A DNA stretch of 64,000 bases from Gracilinanus agilis (taxonomy: Eukaryota): positions 551,535,117 to 551,599,116 of the forward strand of contig NC_058131.1 in NCBI RefSeq assembly GCF_016433145.1, given 5' to 3'. Each line of letters starts with the position of its first letter. Positions within the stretch are counted from its first letter, which is position 1. The position numbers and the translations under genes are program-made. This document shows, in pieces, positions 10,386 through 23,700 of the stretch. Below the pieces are notes generated by a model, which searched no databases, was not told the origin of the DNA, and saw only the letters and a program-made list of their open reading frames with translations.

Positions 10386-13300
10386 TCAATCTCCAAGTAT
10401 GGTGCTCAGCACTCTTCTTCGCTTGGCCACTGCCCCTTGTTGCTGTTCCCAATCTCCCCGTCGCTTCAGGAAAGTGCTCAGTCCTACATTTCGGGCCACA
10501 TGATGGCCAAAGGGATCTCTCATCAGCTCCTGATTCTGTTCACCTGTGAAGAAAACCGGTTCCAACATCAAAATCAGCAGGCACAGCTAAGTTCCCATGC
10601 CTGAAAGTAAAGATCTTGCCTTGGGATAAAGGTTCCTTCCTCTCCTTTTTAACCTGTAGCAGGTTCTAGAATGAAGTTGACATTTCACTGCCCCTGAGAC
10701 CCAAAAGTCGAGAAATAAATCTGAGCTGCAAATAGCATGTTTGCAAACCATACGACCAGACTACCCCCATTACCCAAGTAACGCCATTCCCACAGATGCA
10801 CTGCATGAGAAACAGGAAGGTCAAGAAGCTCAGGTACTTACCCAACTCAGTGGCAATCTCCTTACGGGTCCCTAAAGTTGCTCCATTCCAGATGGCATCC
10901 AGTACTCGACTACCGTGACGGCTGCAGGCCAGAGCCACATAATGTCCCTGGGGAGGAAAAAACAGGAAAAATAAGTCTCAGGACAGCTCAGGTAAAGAGA
11001 GAATAGGAGAGAAACAGTGGTCCACAAAACTAGCTTGTCCTCCGCTGCAAAAATGGTCAGAGGTTTGATCAAAACAACCAGGCATTTGGAAGAGCATCTT
11101 ATTTGAAAAACTGGAAGTTTGAAACAGGAGAATAATGAAGGAAGGATGCAGAAAGCCTGACCTTGAGAGGCTGTAGGATTCTTCGACGCTGTTTTCTGGT
11201 CACAGTAGAGCTAATCAGCACAGCATCCAGAACATGGGAACCAGCAGGGCTTTGGGCCAGGGCCAGAAGTTGTGGTCCTTCCATAGAAGCCAGACTTCGA
11301 AGCACAGGACTCAGGTTTGAGAAGTGCAGCAGGTGTTGAAGCAAGAGTGACCCGGGAACAGTTACTTCCCCCAGGGGCCGGGCTGCAGCCAGCTCCACCT
11401 GGTGAAAAAATATTAAATCTCAGGTCAGAAATGTCAAGTGAGGATCTATCCCTGTTTCCCATTTATTTCTAATTCAGAAAATCCAGGCATTCTGCCACTC
11501 TCTACGATCTCAATCCAAGTTTTTCCTTAAAAATCAAGAGATCTGCTTCTCTGTTAGCCATTCAGAATTCCCACCTCACCTTGTGCTCAGAAGGCACATC
11601 CTCTTCCAATTCTAGTCCATAATATACCTCATAGGCTGTCAGGGTACCAAAGAGGGGTACACAGGCCATCTGCCGAGATGGGGGTTCTGCACAGTGGAAT
11701 GCCTGTAAGTATGAAAAGAAGAGATACGCCAGGGGTCTTCTCCCTTCTCTAAGGCAGGTTTTCATAACTTGAAGATCATGAAACTTTTTTATGCATTTAA
11801 AAACATTATTCTGAGAAAGAGTCTATAGGCTTCACCAGACTGCCAAAGGGGTTAGAAGAAAAGGATGGGGGATGGGAGGGGAGGGACAATTAAGACAGAT
11901 TCAGCCTTATTAGTGATGCAATTCCTTGAGGATATCTGAGAACAGTTTCTGTTTGCATTAACACCAGGGAGAAATATGCTAAATGCTAATCAAATTGGCC
12001 TTAGCTAAAAGCTGCTAGCAAAACTGTCAAAACCAACATAATGGATAGAAGCTAAGAAGGTTGAAGGTTTAAGTCCCACCTCTGATACATATTAGTTCTA
12101 TGACAGTTAGTGAACAAGTTATCTAACATTCAGTGCCCTAGGTAGCACTCCTGAACTAAGAAAACACCCATTGGTACTAGTGGTGAGTTTCCTCATCAGA
12201 AAGTTCTCTTTCTGAATAAACCAGTAGAATTGCTTGTCAGCTCCAGGACAGGGGAGGGAGAGAACATGACTCATGTAACCAAGGCAAAATATCCTAAAAA
12301 ATAAAAATAAGTAATGTGAAAAAAGCTCTCTATACCAATAAAATCACAGGTCCAGTTCCTATCTGTTTTAAGTTCTAAGAAAAAGTGAAAAAAGCCTTCT
12401 TCACACAGCCTATGCCAAAAGCATTTCTCCTATGATCAAGGAACTGTTGTTTTAAAGGAGATAAAGGGTTGAAAGCACAAATCCCTGACCTGCAGGTTAT
12501 CAAGGAATTAAAGGGGGTGGGGGGAGGCCCAGTGGGCTACAAGAAAGATACAGAACAAAATCTTAATTCATCACATCAGAAGGCTGGAGGTTCAAAGTAT
12601 GTGACACAAAGAAGAGAAGAATGACCACTGAACATTTGGAGCCAGATAACAACAAACACAATACTATTCTGCAACAAAAGGAAAGCTGAGAATTCCCAGA
12701 AAGGAGCTTCTTATGTTCCATCAAATGATGATGTGGAACTATAGGTGCCTTTAGAAGAGAGGGCATGCAGTAATGGCCTGAGGAAGCAAGGACCAGAGTC
12801 AGCAACTTGATAGTATTCTTTTTTAAACCCTTATCTTCTGTATTAGAATTGATATTAAGTATCAATTCCAAGGCAGAAGAGCAGTAAGGACTAGGTAATT
12901 GGGCTTAAGTGACTTGCCTAGAGCTGTACAACTAGGAAGTGTCTGAGATAAAATTTGAACCCAGGACTTCCTTTCTCCAGACCTGCCTCTTTTATCCCCT
13001 GAGGCTCTCTATCCACTAGCTGCCCTGGGCCTGACATTTTTAGCAGTGAAGAAAGAAGTCTGCTCTCTCTCCAAGACATGTACCCTGGACAATCAAGAAC
13101 ATCCCAAGATTTGTGAAACTGAAAACATCTCTACTTAGGATGATAAATATAATCCTACCAAAAACAACCTAGAAAATGCTTATGATTATGAAGTTCTGAG
13201 CAACACACTGAAGATCTTAGGGACACAAGGAGTTTTCACTATTGTGGACTATAAAGTAAGATCCAGGGAGTGAATATTTGATAAAGAGAATGGGATTTGA

Positions 13301-16300
13301 ATTTCTAAACCATGATTTAAAAAATAAGAATCTAAATAAGAATTTAAAAAATAAGAATGATAGGCTTTGACCAGGGATGGATTGTATCTAATAAGGGCCC
13401 ATAAAATATATTTAATTGGAAGTCTTTCAAATCAGGAAGAATTTAAACTGCCCATATATTTCTCAAAGCATTTAATAATATGGAAAGGACAGCAGAAAAG
13501 AAAATATCAAAGAACATCAAGATTAAAACTCCATAGCTTTCATTCCCTAATCAGTAAGTGGTCAAAGGATACGATTGAACAATTCTCAGAAAAAGAACTG
13601 CAAATTATTAACAATCACAAAAGAATACTCCAAATCACTAATAATAAGAAAAATTCAAGTCTAAACAACAGTGAAAACTCATCTCACACTGCAAATTTGG
13701 TAAAGATGGTAAAAGATCAATAGTCAATGCTGGAGACATTGTAGGAAGATAGGCATACTGGTGTATTATTGGTGGAACTCTGAATCAGCACAACCATTGT
13801 GAAAAGCAATTTGTAATTTTTTTCAAGTAAAATAACCAACATACCCATTTACTTTGACCCAATAATTCCATTACTATACTGTATCCCAAGAAGGTCACTG
13901 ATAAGATCTGATTAATAAGAAAATAATACACATGTAGCAAAATGTTTATAGGAGCACTTTTTGTGAAAGCAAAGGATTAGAAACAAATCAGATGCCAGTT
14001 AGTTGGGGAATGGCTAAACAAGTTTTAGTGCATGAGTATAATGGAATATACTGTGCTGCAAGAAATTATTAATATGATAAAGAGAAATATGGAGAGCTCT
14101 TCAGGAACTGATAGTGAAGTACAGAGCCAAGAAAACAATGTACATAATGATGGCTATGACAATATAAATGGAAAGAACCATACACATTTAAAAAAAAAGT
14201 GAATCCTGAAAAATTATAAAGAACAAGCATGGTTCAAAAGAAGAGACATAAGAAGAAATTTCCAAAAGTTCAAAAGTGTTCATGTTTTGCATATTTTCAG
14301 ACTTTTCAATGTACAGAGCAGTTATGTTGATTTCCCCCCCCTTCTTTCTTTATCTCTAAAAACACTACTTATTATTATGAGATGGCTGAGAGGGAAAATG
14401 ATATGGAAAATATGGTGATACAAAAAACAAGACACCAATAAAAACTTCTTTTAAAAAAAAATCAACAGGGGCAGCTGGGTAGCTCAGTGGAGTGAGAGTC
14501 AGGCCTAGAGATAGGAGGTCCTAGGTTCAAACCCGGCCTCAGCCACTTCCCAGCTGTGTGACCCTGGGCAAGTCACTTGACCCCCATTGCCCACCCTTAC
14601 CACTCTTCCACCTATGAGACAATACACTGAAGTACAAGGGTTTAAAAAAAAAAATCAACAGCTTCAGTTGTCTTTAGACTAACAAAGAGAGGCTGAGATA
14701 TAAACAGGGTGGGGTAAACTGGAGAAACTAATATGAAAAGGCAAATTTGAACATACAGATATTGCTAAGTCAGAACATTGCTATGGCAGAACTGGAATAT
14801 GCTCATGATTGAAGTACGGGTATGGAAGAGTGGTCTTTATTCAAAAGGAATAGAATTGACAAAAGACATAGTAGTGTGGTATTTTACATTAAGAAGACAT
14901 GCTTCCAGGAAGAAATTCAGTTTTAAGGAGAAGTATGGTGGTGAAAGAACTTGGGTGAAGCTCAAGAGTGCAGAAACAAAAGCAATATCGTCATGGGAAT
15001 ATACCGTAGACCACCTAGAGAGGATGTATTAGCCTAGACACTTGGCAGAGGCATGAACTAGTAATGAGGGGAGAATTCAGCTAGCTGGATCTATGCTGAA
15101 GCTCTCACTGGGAAATGAAAATAAAAGCAAAGCAGCTGATAAAATCTTGATTGGTCTAAATGATTTCATTCTTTAAAATGTAATAAAAACAATTGGAAAT
15201 TCCTATTCTGGACAGGGTTCTGACAAAAAGGGATTTAAAATGGAAATGATGGGAAGCAAGAAAGTGATCACTCAATCTTAGAATTCATGATAAAATATGA
15301 AAGGAAGGACAGGCAGTCTGACATACCCCTAATTTGGAGAAATTATATTTTAAAGGAGTCAGAGAAAGAATAAACAGGGGTCAATGCGAAAATTATATAA
15401 GAAAAGAGATAGGTGGGGAAGTTATTAAAAACAAATTTTTAAAGAAAAAGAAAAAGAACGCTCTCTAAAAATAATGTCTTCAGAGGATAACTATCTGACA
15501 GTTCAAATTATTTAAAAAGAATAAATCAATAAGCCTTCATTAAGTGCCTATGTGTCAGGCACTCTGCTTCCTGCATAGACAGTGCAGTAGGCAAAGAAAG
15601 GTGTCAGAAGCATTAAAGTTTATAATAATCTGAGGCTGCTACAGATGAATGCTGAGAACAAAATAGGCTTCTTTTTAGCTATGCTGGAGGACAGAAGTTA
15701 GATAAAATAAGGAAGAAGTCTGATGACAATGGTGTGATGTGAAAGGATAGGCATAAAAGGAAAAGAACTACTCAACTTTTACTTCACTGGTTTTCTCTTC
15801 CAAAAAGATCTTTGGTCCAGAGAGAACAGAACAATTATGATTCATGAGGAATAAAGAATGCAAGACAAGGAGAGGGATTATAAGTAAACAACTAGTTGCT
15901 CTCAATAAATTCAAATGACTAGATTAGGATGAACTATATCTGAGACTGACAGGCCCAGCAGATGTGATATTTCAAAGCTTATGGTGGTCTCTGGGAGCCT
16001 CTTAGACATCTGAGGTCCAAATGATTTTCATGATACTGAGACATTTTAATTTCTAATCCAGTAAAAACATTAATATAACCCACATAAAAGTTCTTTATGG
16101 GGGTCCTCAATAACTTTTAAGAATGTTGAGGGGTCCTAAGACCAAAATTTTGGATAACTGCCATTATACACAATTTGACAAACCATTTATCCTTGTGTCA
16201 AAATTTATAGCAGAGTAATCAAAGGACCTGTCCTTGGCCTGGGATTAGTCAACATGTTATCTATAATTTGGATAAGAACATAACATAGTAATACTTGTCA

Positions 16301-19300
16301 AATCTGCTGAACAGAAATGGGAAGGTTAATTAACATCTTTCATGACTAAGTTAAGAGCCAAAAAAAAAATCCTTAAAAGCTAGAAACATGAATCCAATCT
16401 AATTAGATGAATTTCACCTGAGGTAAATAGGAAGTTCTACATTTTGGGCCAAAAAAAACTGGCTTCAAAAGTGCAGGATGAGGGAGGCATAGTTAGACCA
16501 ACAGTTCATGTAAAAAACAGTGGGGGTGGGGGTGAAGAAGGATAGGTAGTGGTATTAAAATACTGCAAATTCTAAGGTAACAGTGTAACATAGAAGACAA
16601 AAATAAATGTATCTTTGGTTGCAATTAAGAGAGGTACAGTGTCCAGAACCAGAGATGACAGTTCTGCTAGTCTCTATCCTGGCCAGACCAGAGTACTGGA
16701 GTATTCAGTAAAATGCTACAATTTAGGAAGGACCCTGACAAGTTGGAGAGCATCTAAAGTAAAGGTTCTTAACCTGTTTTGATTAATGGGACCCCTTGGC
16801 AGTCTGATGAAGCCTTTAGAACCCTTCCCAGAATAATATCTTTAAATGCATAAAACAAAATACTTATTATTGTAAATCAATTATATTGAAAGTTATATTT
16901 TTCAAAACAACTTTATGAACCCCGGGTTAAAAACCTCCCCATTATCTAGAAGGTGAACAATACAGTAAAGAAAACAATATATCATCTGAAGATTCACTGA
17001 AGGAACTAGGAATATTTAATAGCAAAGAAGACTTAGGGAGGAGTTAGGCCATTTTCAAACATCTGAAGATCTGTCATATAGAAAGACTAGACTTGGTCTG
17101 ACAGGGGAAAAAATATTTTTGTTTAATGTAAGGAAAAACTTTCCAAGAATTAGAACCCTTAGAAAATACCATGAATTGCCCAGATGTAGCAAGTTTCCAC
17201 AAAGGCTGGGTGACTAGTCCCTATGAGAGGGATTCTTGGCTGAAAAGGGGTTGGACTTGGATTCTGAGATACCTTCTGAGTCCAAAATCTCAATTTCTTT
17301 TGGGACAGTGAGCCCTAGCATGTACCTGTGCCTTCTCTAGGTCTCATCTTTCTTTCTATTTGTGAGCTGTTGGTATACGAGGGCCTTTGGGGCCAGAAGG
17401 GAAAAGAATAAATATGAGGCAAGGAGTGGATCTGAAATAGGGGAACTGGCAGAAGTCTCAGCTATACCTTACCCACCTCAAGCAGCAACTGCAAAATCTG
17501 GGCCTGGTGGGTCCCAACTTTACGGCAGGCACCGACCAAAGCAATGACTACACCTGGATGACCTTGTGCCAGCACAGCTTCTAGGGCAGGACTCAACTCT
17601 TCAAATACTTGGGACAGCTGAGGATGAAAGATCAAATCAAAACTCCTCAAAGCACAACAATCCAACTTTCCCTCTTTAATCCAACTCCCTGGATTCCCCC
17701 AAGCCTTCTCTCTATCCAACCACACTTACCAACTCAGGGGTGGTAATGGCATCAAGTAAACGCTGCAAAGGGAAGTTGGCGATTGGATGTGAAGCTAAGG
17801 CCTGCAGCTGCCCCTGGAAGTGTTCTTCAAAGAGGCTCTGTAGCTGTGGAGGCTCTGACACCAGTAATACCTGTTCTAGGAGTCTGGAGCTTGTCTGGTC
17901 CCGTAGGAATAGCAGCAAGGGGCTAGTGGAAAGGGAAATGGCAATAAATCCAATTTCATTCTATTTTTTCCTGAATGGCACAAACTATCCTGACTACCAA
18001 CTTGTGAAGACTGGGAGCCTTCTAACCTGCCATCAGCTGCAGAGTTTCGAGTACTCAGGTATTTAATCACAGAATCGCAAAGACGGGTACAAGCCTTGGG
18101 AAGTTTCCGATGAAGTACCTGTAGCGCTACTTGAAGGCAGAAACTGGAGACCTTGTCAGTGATGAACACTGTGGAAAAAGACAGGAAAATATGGAATTTC
18201 TCTCTGACACAAATGACTTGTCCATTTCATTCCTCAAAAGGAAACAGAATAAGAAAGGAAATGAAGAGATTGACAGAGTTGTAGCTGCTACTTACTGTCT
18301 CAGCAATAAACTGGAACAGTATCTCCCATGTTAATGACCTCCCTCCAAAAAAGTGCTCTCTTGTTCTGTTTTCCCATTTAAGCCTCCTTTTCAATCCCCT
18401 CACCAGAAATATCCTTCAGAAAACAGGAACTCAGTTCTTGTAAGCAGCTCAAGAAGGCACCAGGAACCTCAAAATTGGTTGGCTTCCATTCCCGAGCTGT
18501 GGGCCGCTGTCTGTCTGATGCAAAAGCAAGAATGTATGCCTTCATTAAAATGACAAACTGTTTTTAAAAAGACAGTGAAATTACATAAATGAACAGGGGT
18601 CACAAAAAGATGATAAGGCAGTTTTGGGATATCATTTTTCTTCTCTACTCTAGGTAATCTCCAAAATGAAATGAAAAAAACCCCTTTCCCTTCCCTATGT
18701 AAATAGCCATAGGTCTCATTATGACCCCAACACCACTTCCCTCCCCTAGAAAACTCACCAAGTGTTTGGGGACCTCGAGGTCTGGCTATCTCAGACTCCA
18801 AGATTGTGCCCCCTAAGACCTGTAGCAGAGTCCTGACCACGAAGCTGCCATGAGTGTCTCCACTGTAGAGAACTAAGGCATCACGCACTTCTGATGCCAG
18901 CTTCAGCACCAGCTCCTCCAGAGTCTCAGGGTCTCCATCCTCTTTCTTAGAAAGAGCCCCTGGGAATCGGTGCAGCTGCAGCATAACACTTTGCAACACA
19001 TGGGCCCCACTTCGGTGACAAGCCACGGAGCGCAAGTGAGGTAAGAGAGCAGCAAACAACCGGCTCAGTGGGCCTGGGGGGCTAGATGTCAATAGCTCCT
19101 GTAGCATCTCACTGCCCACCCTATCCGTGGCCAAGGCTAGGGCCTGTGTCTCTAATTCCTTCAGCACATTCTGTATCAAAAGTTCTAAAATAGGAAAAAA
19201 ATGGTCACTTTTTTGTTGTTGCATGGTGGGGGAGAAAATATGGGCACCGCAGACACACACACAAACCCCCTCCCCTCCAGGGTTTCCTTCTTCACTTTTA

Positions 19301-19731
19301 AGAGTCCGTGCCCGGTCCAGCCCTTTCCCCCCAACACCCCAGGCTGCCTCTCCTTTCTGGGGATCTCTTATACCCCAGGCCTTCCACGGATTAACCCCAC
19401 CACCAGAGGATCATAGACTACCCTGCCCCAAGCAGGCCCCCATACACTCTGCAGTCCCGCCTACCCCCAACTGCTCCAGATGAGCCCCGTGTCCCCCGCC
19501 CCCTCCTGTCCCAGTCTCCATACCACGCTCCTCCCCAGTCTCGGGGGCCTCCTTCAACGCCTCGAGAGCCCGGCGAAAATAGGTCAGTGACTCGGGGGCC
19601 GGGCGGGGGTGCGGGTCCAGAGCTGGGCGGGAGTGAGAGTCTAGACCCTGCGAGGACCTCGCCTGGCCCCGGCCGCCCCCGCCAGGTCGTCGGCGCCCAG
19701 GCTTCTGAGGAAAGTGAGGACGCACACCCAT
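10386..19731 (-). CDS. NOP9: Nucleolar protein 9 (PUF-repeat protein), 614 aa; exons 19731-19524, 19184-18759, 18514-18404, 18168-18027, 17922-17730, 17617-17477, 11702-11580, 11398-11162, 10947-10842, 10543-10386
   Basis: Segments YFRRALEALKEAPETGEER, GDTHGSFVVRTLLQVLGG, FITDKVSSFCLQVALQVL, HPIANFPLQRLLDA, ALACSRHGSRVLDAIW, RDPFGHHVARNV..AKRRRVLSTILGD* match human NOP9. Ten GT-AG exons total 1845 nt in frame. Confidence 0.95.
13340..14450 (+). mobile_element. Old L1 3' fragment (end of ORF2 and 3'UTR) in NOP9 intron 6
   Basis: Peptides KWSKDTIEQFSEKELQIINNH and L1 ORF2 C-terminal motifs; A-rich. Confidence 0.8.
14468..14654 (+). mobile_element. Young SINE1_Mdo-type SINE with TSD
   Basis: tRNA-like head GGGGCAGCTGGGTAGCTCAGTGG..GTTCAAA, CORE segment, A tail, flanked by AAAAATCAACAG repeats. 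Confidence 0.92.
14750..17300 (+). mobile_element. Ancient CR1/L3 LINE ORF2 relic in NOP9 intron 6
   Basis: Endonuclease-like VMGIYRRP (~14990), decayed QGSVLGP-like segment (~16215), KFADD-like segment (~16300) and L3-type 3' end. Confidence 0.75.
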
Positions 19732-20620
19732 GGGCGCACGCGCAGAGTTTCCCCTGAGACCTCGGCCACGATCCTTCGAGCGTCGCGGACCCAGCTCGAA
19801 ACCCACTCCCCGTCGCGTTTCCCCAAGGCTACGCGGCGCTGTGGTGCTTCCGTCATTGCTCCGCGACGACCGCCTTCCTGAAGAAAAGGGGCGTCTTTTC
19901 CGGCTGGGGACCGCCCCTCGCCCACGCCCTTCTCCGGCCAGGGTCCTAGGTGTTTTGAAGTGTAACTAAACGTTTCGAGGTGCGTCCGCCTGGTTGAGCT
20001 AGAGGACTTCTTGAGCAGAGGCCGCGGCTGCGCGCGCAGATGAAGGTTGGAGGCGTGTGTGCCTGAGCCCCGCCCCCCGCCACGTGCCTTTCTCGGGCAA
20101 GGGTCCTAGGTTTTCTGAAGCACCCGGGGCTAGGTTCAAAGTACCCCACCCTTTTCCCCTCCTCCACATCCCGGAGGGCCGAAGCGTAGGCTGCGCTCGC
20201 TCGCGATGTCCCTTCCCATATTTGGTCCCGCCCTCCTCCCCTGACTCGGGGTTTCTCTGGTCTAAGTCCTCAAAAGAAATAGAAGACATCTCTAGGTTCT
20301 GACGGACGTGCGGGTTCGTGTGGCTGGGGTCGAGGGCCTCCGAGAACAGAGGCTGTAGCTGCGCCTGCGCGCGTAGGTGACCCTGGGCGGGCTCCGACTT
20401 CCAGCTGGGGCGGCAGCGGAAAGCTCTCCCTTCCTTAGAGTCCTCAGGCTTTCTTTGGCCGCTGCGCCTCCTTGGGTTGGATTGGGGGCCCTCTTGCTGG
20501 CTGACCCATCCGGAACGCCTCGGGGGTGTCTGTAGCCTGGAAGAAGAGAGCGAGCCCGGTGCCCCCTCGTCCCGGCCTCCCCACTCCCCCTCCACCCCCG
20601 TCGTCTCCCCGCCCTTCCTT
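19450..20620. promoter_or_regulatory. Bidirectional CpG-island promoter shared by NOP9 and DHRS1
   Basis: Divergent genes with ATGs about 1 kb apart (19731 and 20729). CpG-dense, with a GC box (~20068), CACGTG (~20080) and an NRF1-like GCGCCTGCGCGC (~20361). Confidence 0.8.
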
Positions 20621-20728
20621 TAACCCTTGGGCCCTACCTCTATAGTTTTATTTCCCTTACCTATCTGCAGTCTACGGTGTACTCAATTTCTTTGCTTTCG
20701 CAGGTTAATCTTTACCCTCCCTGTTACC

Positions 20729-23700
20729 ATGTTAGGCCCCCTGCAGGGCCAAGTATGTGTGGTGACTGGGGCATCCAGGGGCATTGGCCATGGCATCGCT
20801 TTGCAACTCTGCGAGGCCGGAGCCACTGTCTACATCACCGGCCGAAAACAGGACACCCTGAAGGCTGCTGCTCTGGAGGTGAGCTTTGTACCACCCTTTG
20901 CCTCAAAAGCCTCAGCTCACTAGCCGAACTGTCTATCAAACAGGCAATTACTAAATTCCCTCCGGGTACTAGGCACTGGGTAGATAAAAGCCAAAAGGTC
21001 GCTGCCCTGCATTACTAGGGAAAAACAAAAAGCACACATATAAGCAACATAAACTCTTTGCATCCTTATCCCTACTCTCTTTGGTGAGTCCTGGATCTCA
21101 TAGCAAAGTTACATCTTCCCCTTGGGGTTCTAGGAGTGCCTCCCTCTGGGGAATGTTTTTGGGGTGTTGATTCTCTAATACCTTTGGCTCAACCCCAATA
21201 GAAAGCTTCTCTACTTTTCCTGGTTAGATAAATAACTTTGAGTATCTTCGGCATAGAGAATATAAAGAGCTGAGAGATTCCCCAAATGAGATAGAGTCAA
21301 AGGAGAAGAGAAGAAAAATACTTCTAGCCAAGATGGCAGCTGGAATGGGAAGTATACTGCCCAGCTCCCACATACTTATGCCAGCAAAACCCTGAAGTTT
21401 GCATGAGTAATGATCAAGAAATTCATAGTGAAACCATAGTTAAGTGACTTCTTCCACCCCACAACTGGACAAGAAATCAGTCTGAAGTCCAAGAGCATTA
21501 AGGGAAAGGGGTTCAAGCTGCTATAAGCATAAAGTAGGCACTCAGTAGGACCATACATCAACCCATATAGATTTGCAAAGCTTTGTGTCCAGAGATGGCA
21601 AGAGCAAAGGACTCCCTCATGAACTCATAGTCAGAAAGCCCCAGGAAAGCAACAGTGTTGTGGGCAAAGACCAGCACACTGTGACAATCCTCTAAAGCAG
21701 GATTTCTATCTCTACTTTGGAATTGAGGTCTATAGTATTCTGTATTCTTTCTATCCAGAAGACTAGTGCTCTGAACCTCCAAGATTCGTGGAGCCTTAAT
21801 CCAGGATATGATGGTGAATACAGAACTATTTATGACCCAGAGCATCACACCCCTTAAAGTGCAGCAGAGTACAGAGCCTGGCCCTGGCAAAAAGCCCCAA
21901 TTTGGGTACTAAAGCTAGGAAGATGAGTAAATCAAAGAAAATACTCAACTAATATCAACATTTTTTACAAATCTAGAGATCCTCAGAAAGGAGTAAGAAA
22001 CTCCTTAATAAAATGAATTTTCCAGAAGGACTACACATAAATTAAGAAAGATTTAATAATTAAAAACTCATGGAGAGAAATTTGAAGAGAACAAATAGCT
22101 TAGAAGAAAGAGTGGTAAATCTGGTTTAAGTAATGAACTCCCTGAAAATCTGATTAGATTGAGCAAAAATCAATGATTAGATAACTAGAAAAAGAAAAAA
22201 ATCAAAAGACTGAGAAAAATAGAAAATAATATACCTAATGTAAAAAAACTGATCTGAAAAATAGATCAGGGAAAGATATTTTAAGAATCATTTGGGGGAG
22301 AGAGTAATTGAAAACTGTTTTTTAAAAAAAGAAGCTCAGACAGATGCGTTGCAAGAAATCATAATGAATACTGCCCATAATTTTTTGAATCAGAAGGACA
22401 AAGTGATCTATCATGTGAGGGATAGAAAGGTCAGTTTGGCTGGGACTACAGAATGCATGGAGGGCAGTAATGTGTAATAAAGCTGGAAAGATAGAATGGG
22501 GCCAAGTTGTGAAGAGCTTTAAGTATCAAACAAGTTTATAGTTGATTCTGGAGCAGTGGTTCTAAAACATTTTTGTTTCTACTTTGCCACAAAATATCAG
22601 TGTGCTAATGGAGAGTCAGATTCCATATGTCCATGGAATATAGCTATAATTGCAACTATAATCCATACAATTAATTCACTGCACCCTTGGAATACTGGGA
22701 AATCTTTTCTCTGTATGTGTAATTCTATATGCAGACACCAGGGGATGGTCCTGGCTGAAGATCTCAGTACTAGGACTAGTTGAGTAGGGAGGAGGGACCT
22801 AGTGTGATTAATTACCTAAATACGATGCTGGGGCGAAGAGGGTGCAACTATGTACTCATGAGATTCTTGTGTCTATCCCATTCCAGGCAGAATCCCGAGG
22901 AGGTCGATGTGTACCTGTGGTATGTGATTCAAGCCAGGAAGATGAGGTTCAGAGGCTGTTTGAAAAGGTGGATAGAGAACAAGATGGGAGATTGGATATA
23001 CTAGTTAACAATGCCTATGCTGGAGTCCAGGTACCATTCTACCCCATCACCCCATTCTTTTGATTCCCTACTCCATCAGTGGTTCCACTTTAAAAAAAAA
23101 TTCTAATTCCAGACATGATTCTGACCCTTGGACTCTGTCCTATCTCTATATACTTAAAATTTCTGCATTTCAAGTCATACTCCCTCATACACACTCTCCC
23201 CATCACCTACCCTCCTAACCTCCCATCTCATTCCTCATTCTTTTTAGACCATTATTTCCCATATGAAGAAGCCATTCTGGGAATGCCCAGCCTCTTTGTG
23301 GGATGATGTCAATAATGTAGGACTCCGGTGAGTATTGCCCTCTCCTGATTCACCCTATAATCAAGGGACCAATTAGTCTTCTTTTCAGTCAATGTATCTT
23401 TCACCCATCTGAGAGAATCTTCAGTCTTCATTTGCTTTCACTAACAGTCTTCTAGAAAACTCATCTAAATTAATATGGTCAAGAAACTATCTACCTCCCC
23501 TCCAAGATACTTTCTAGCCATGTTTTTACTAAATTGTAGAGAATACAGAGTTATAGAAATCTATCTCCTCATTTGAGAATTAGCCTGCTCTTACTCCTGT
23601 CCTCTTCTCCATCATGTAAATATGCTTCATCCAGATTCAGTAGTGCATATAGGTTGGATTGAGGAAAGTATATGTACACCAGAAATTCAAGGTAGAAACC

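Noticed and set aside
14468-14540. tRNA genes at GCTCAGTGG..GGTTCAAA motifs
   Set aside because: These are the tRNA-derived heads of SINEs, continuing into CORE and A-tail sequence.
18469-19260. 263-aa minus ORF as a single gene
   Set aside because: It is NOP9 exon 2 (19184-18759) plus intron read-through on both sides.
19732-19806. N-terminal extension of NOP9 (MGFELG..) in the ORF track
   Set aside because: Starts at GTG. The first ATG (19731) aligns with the known NOP9 start.
19999-20595. 198-aa minus ORF in the NOP9/DHRS1 promoter
   Set aside because: CpG-island composition effect; no splice or homology support.
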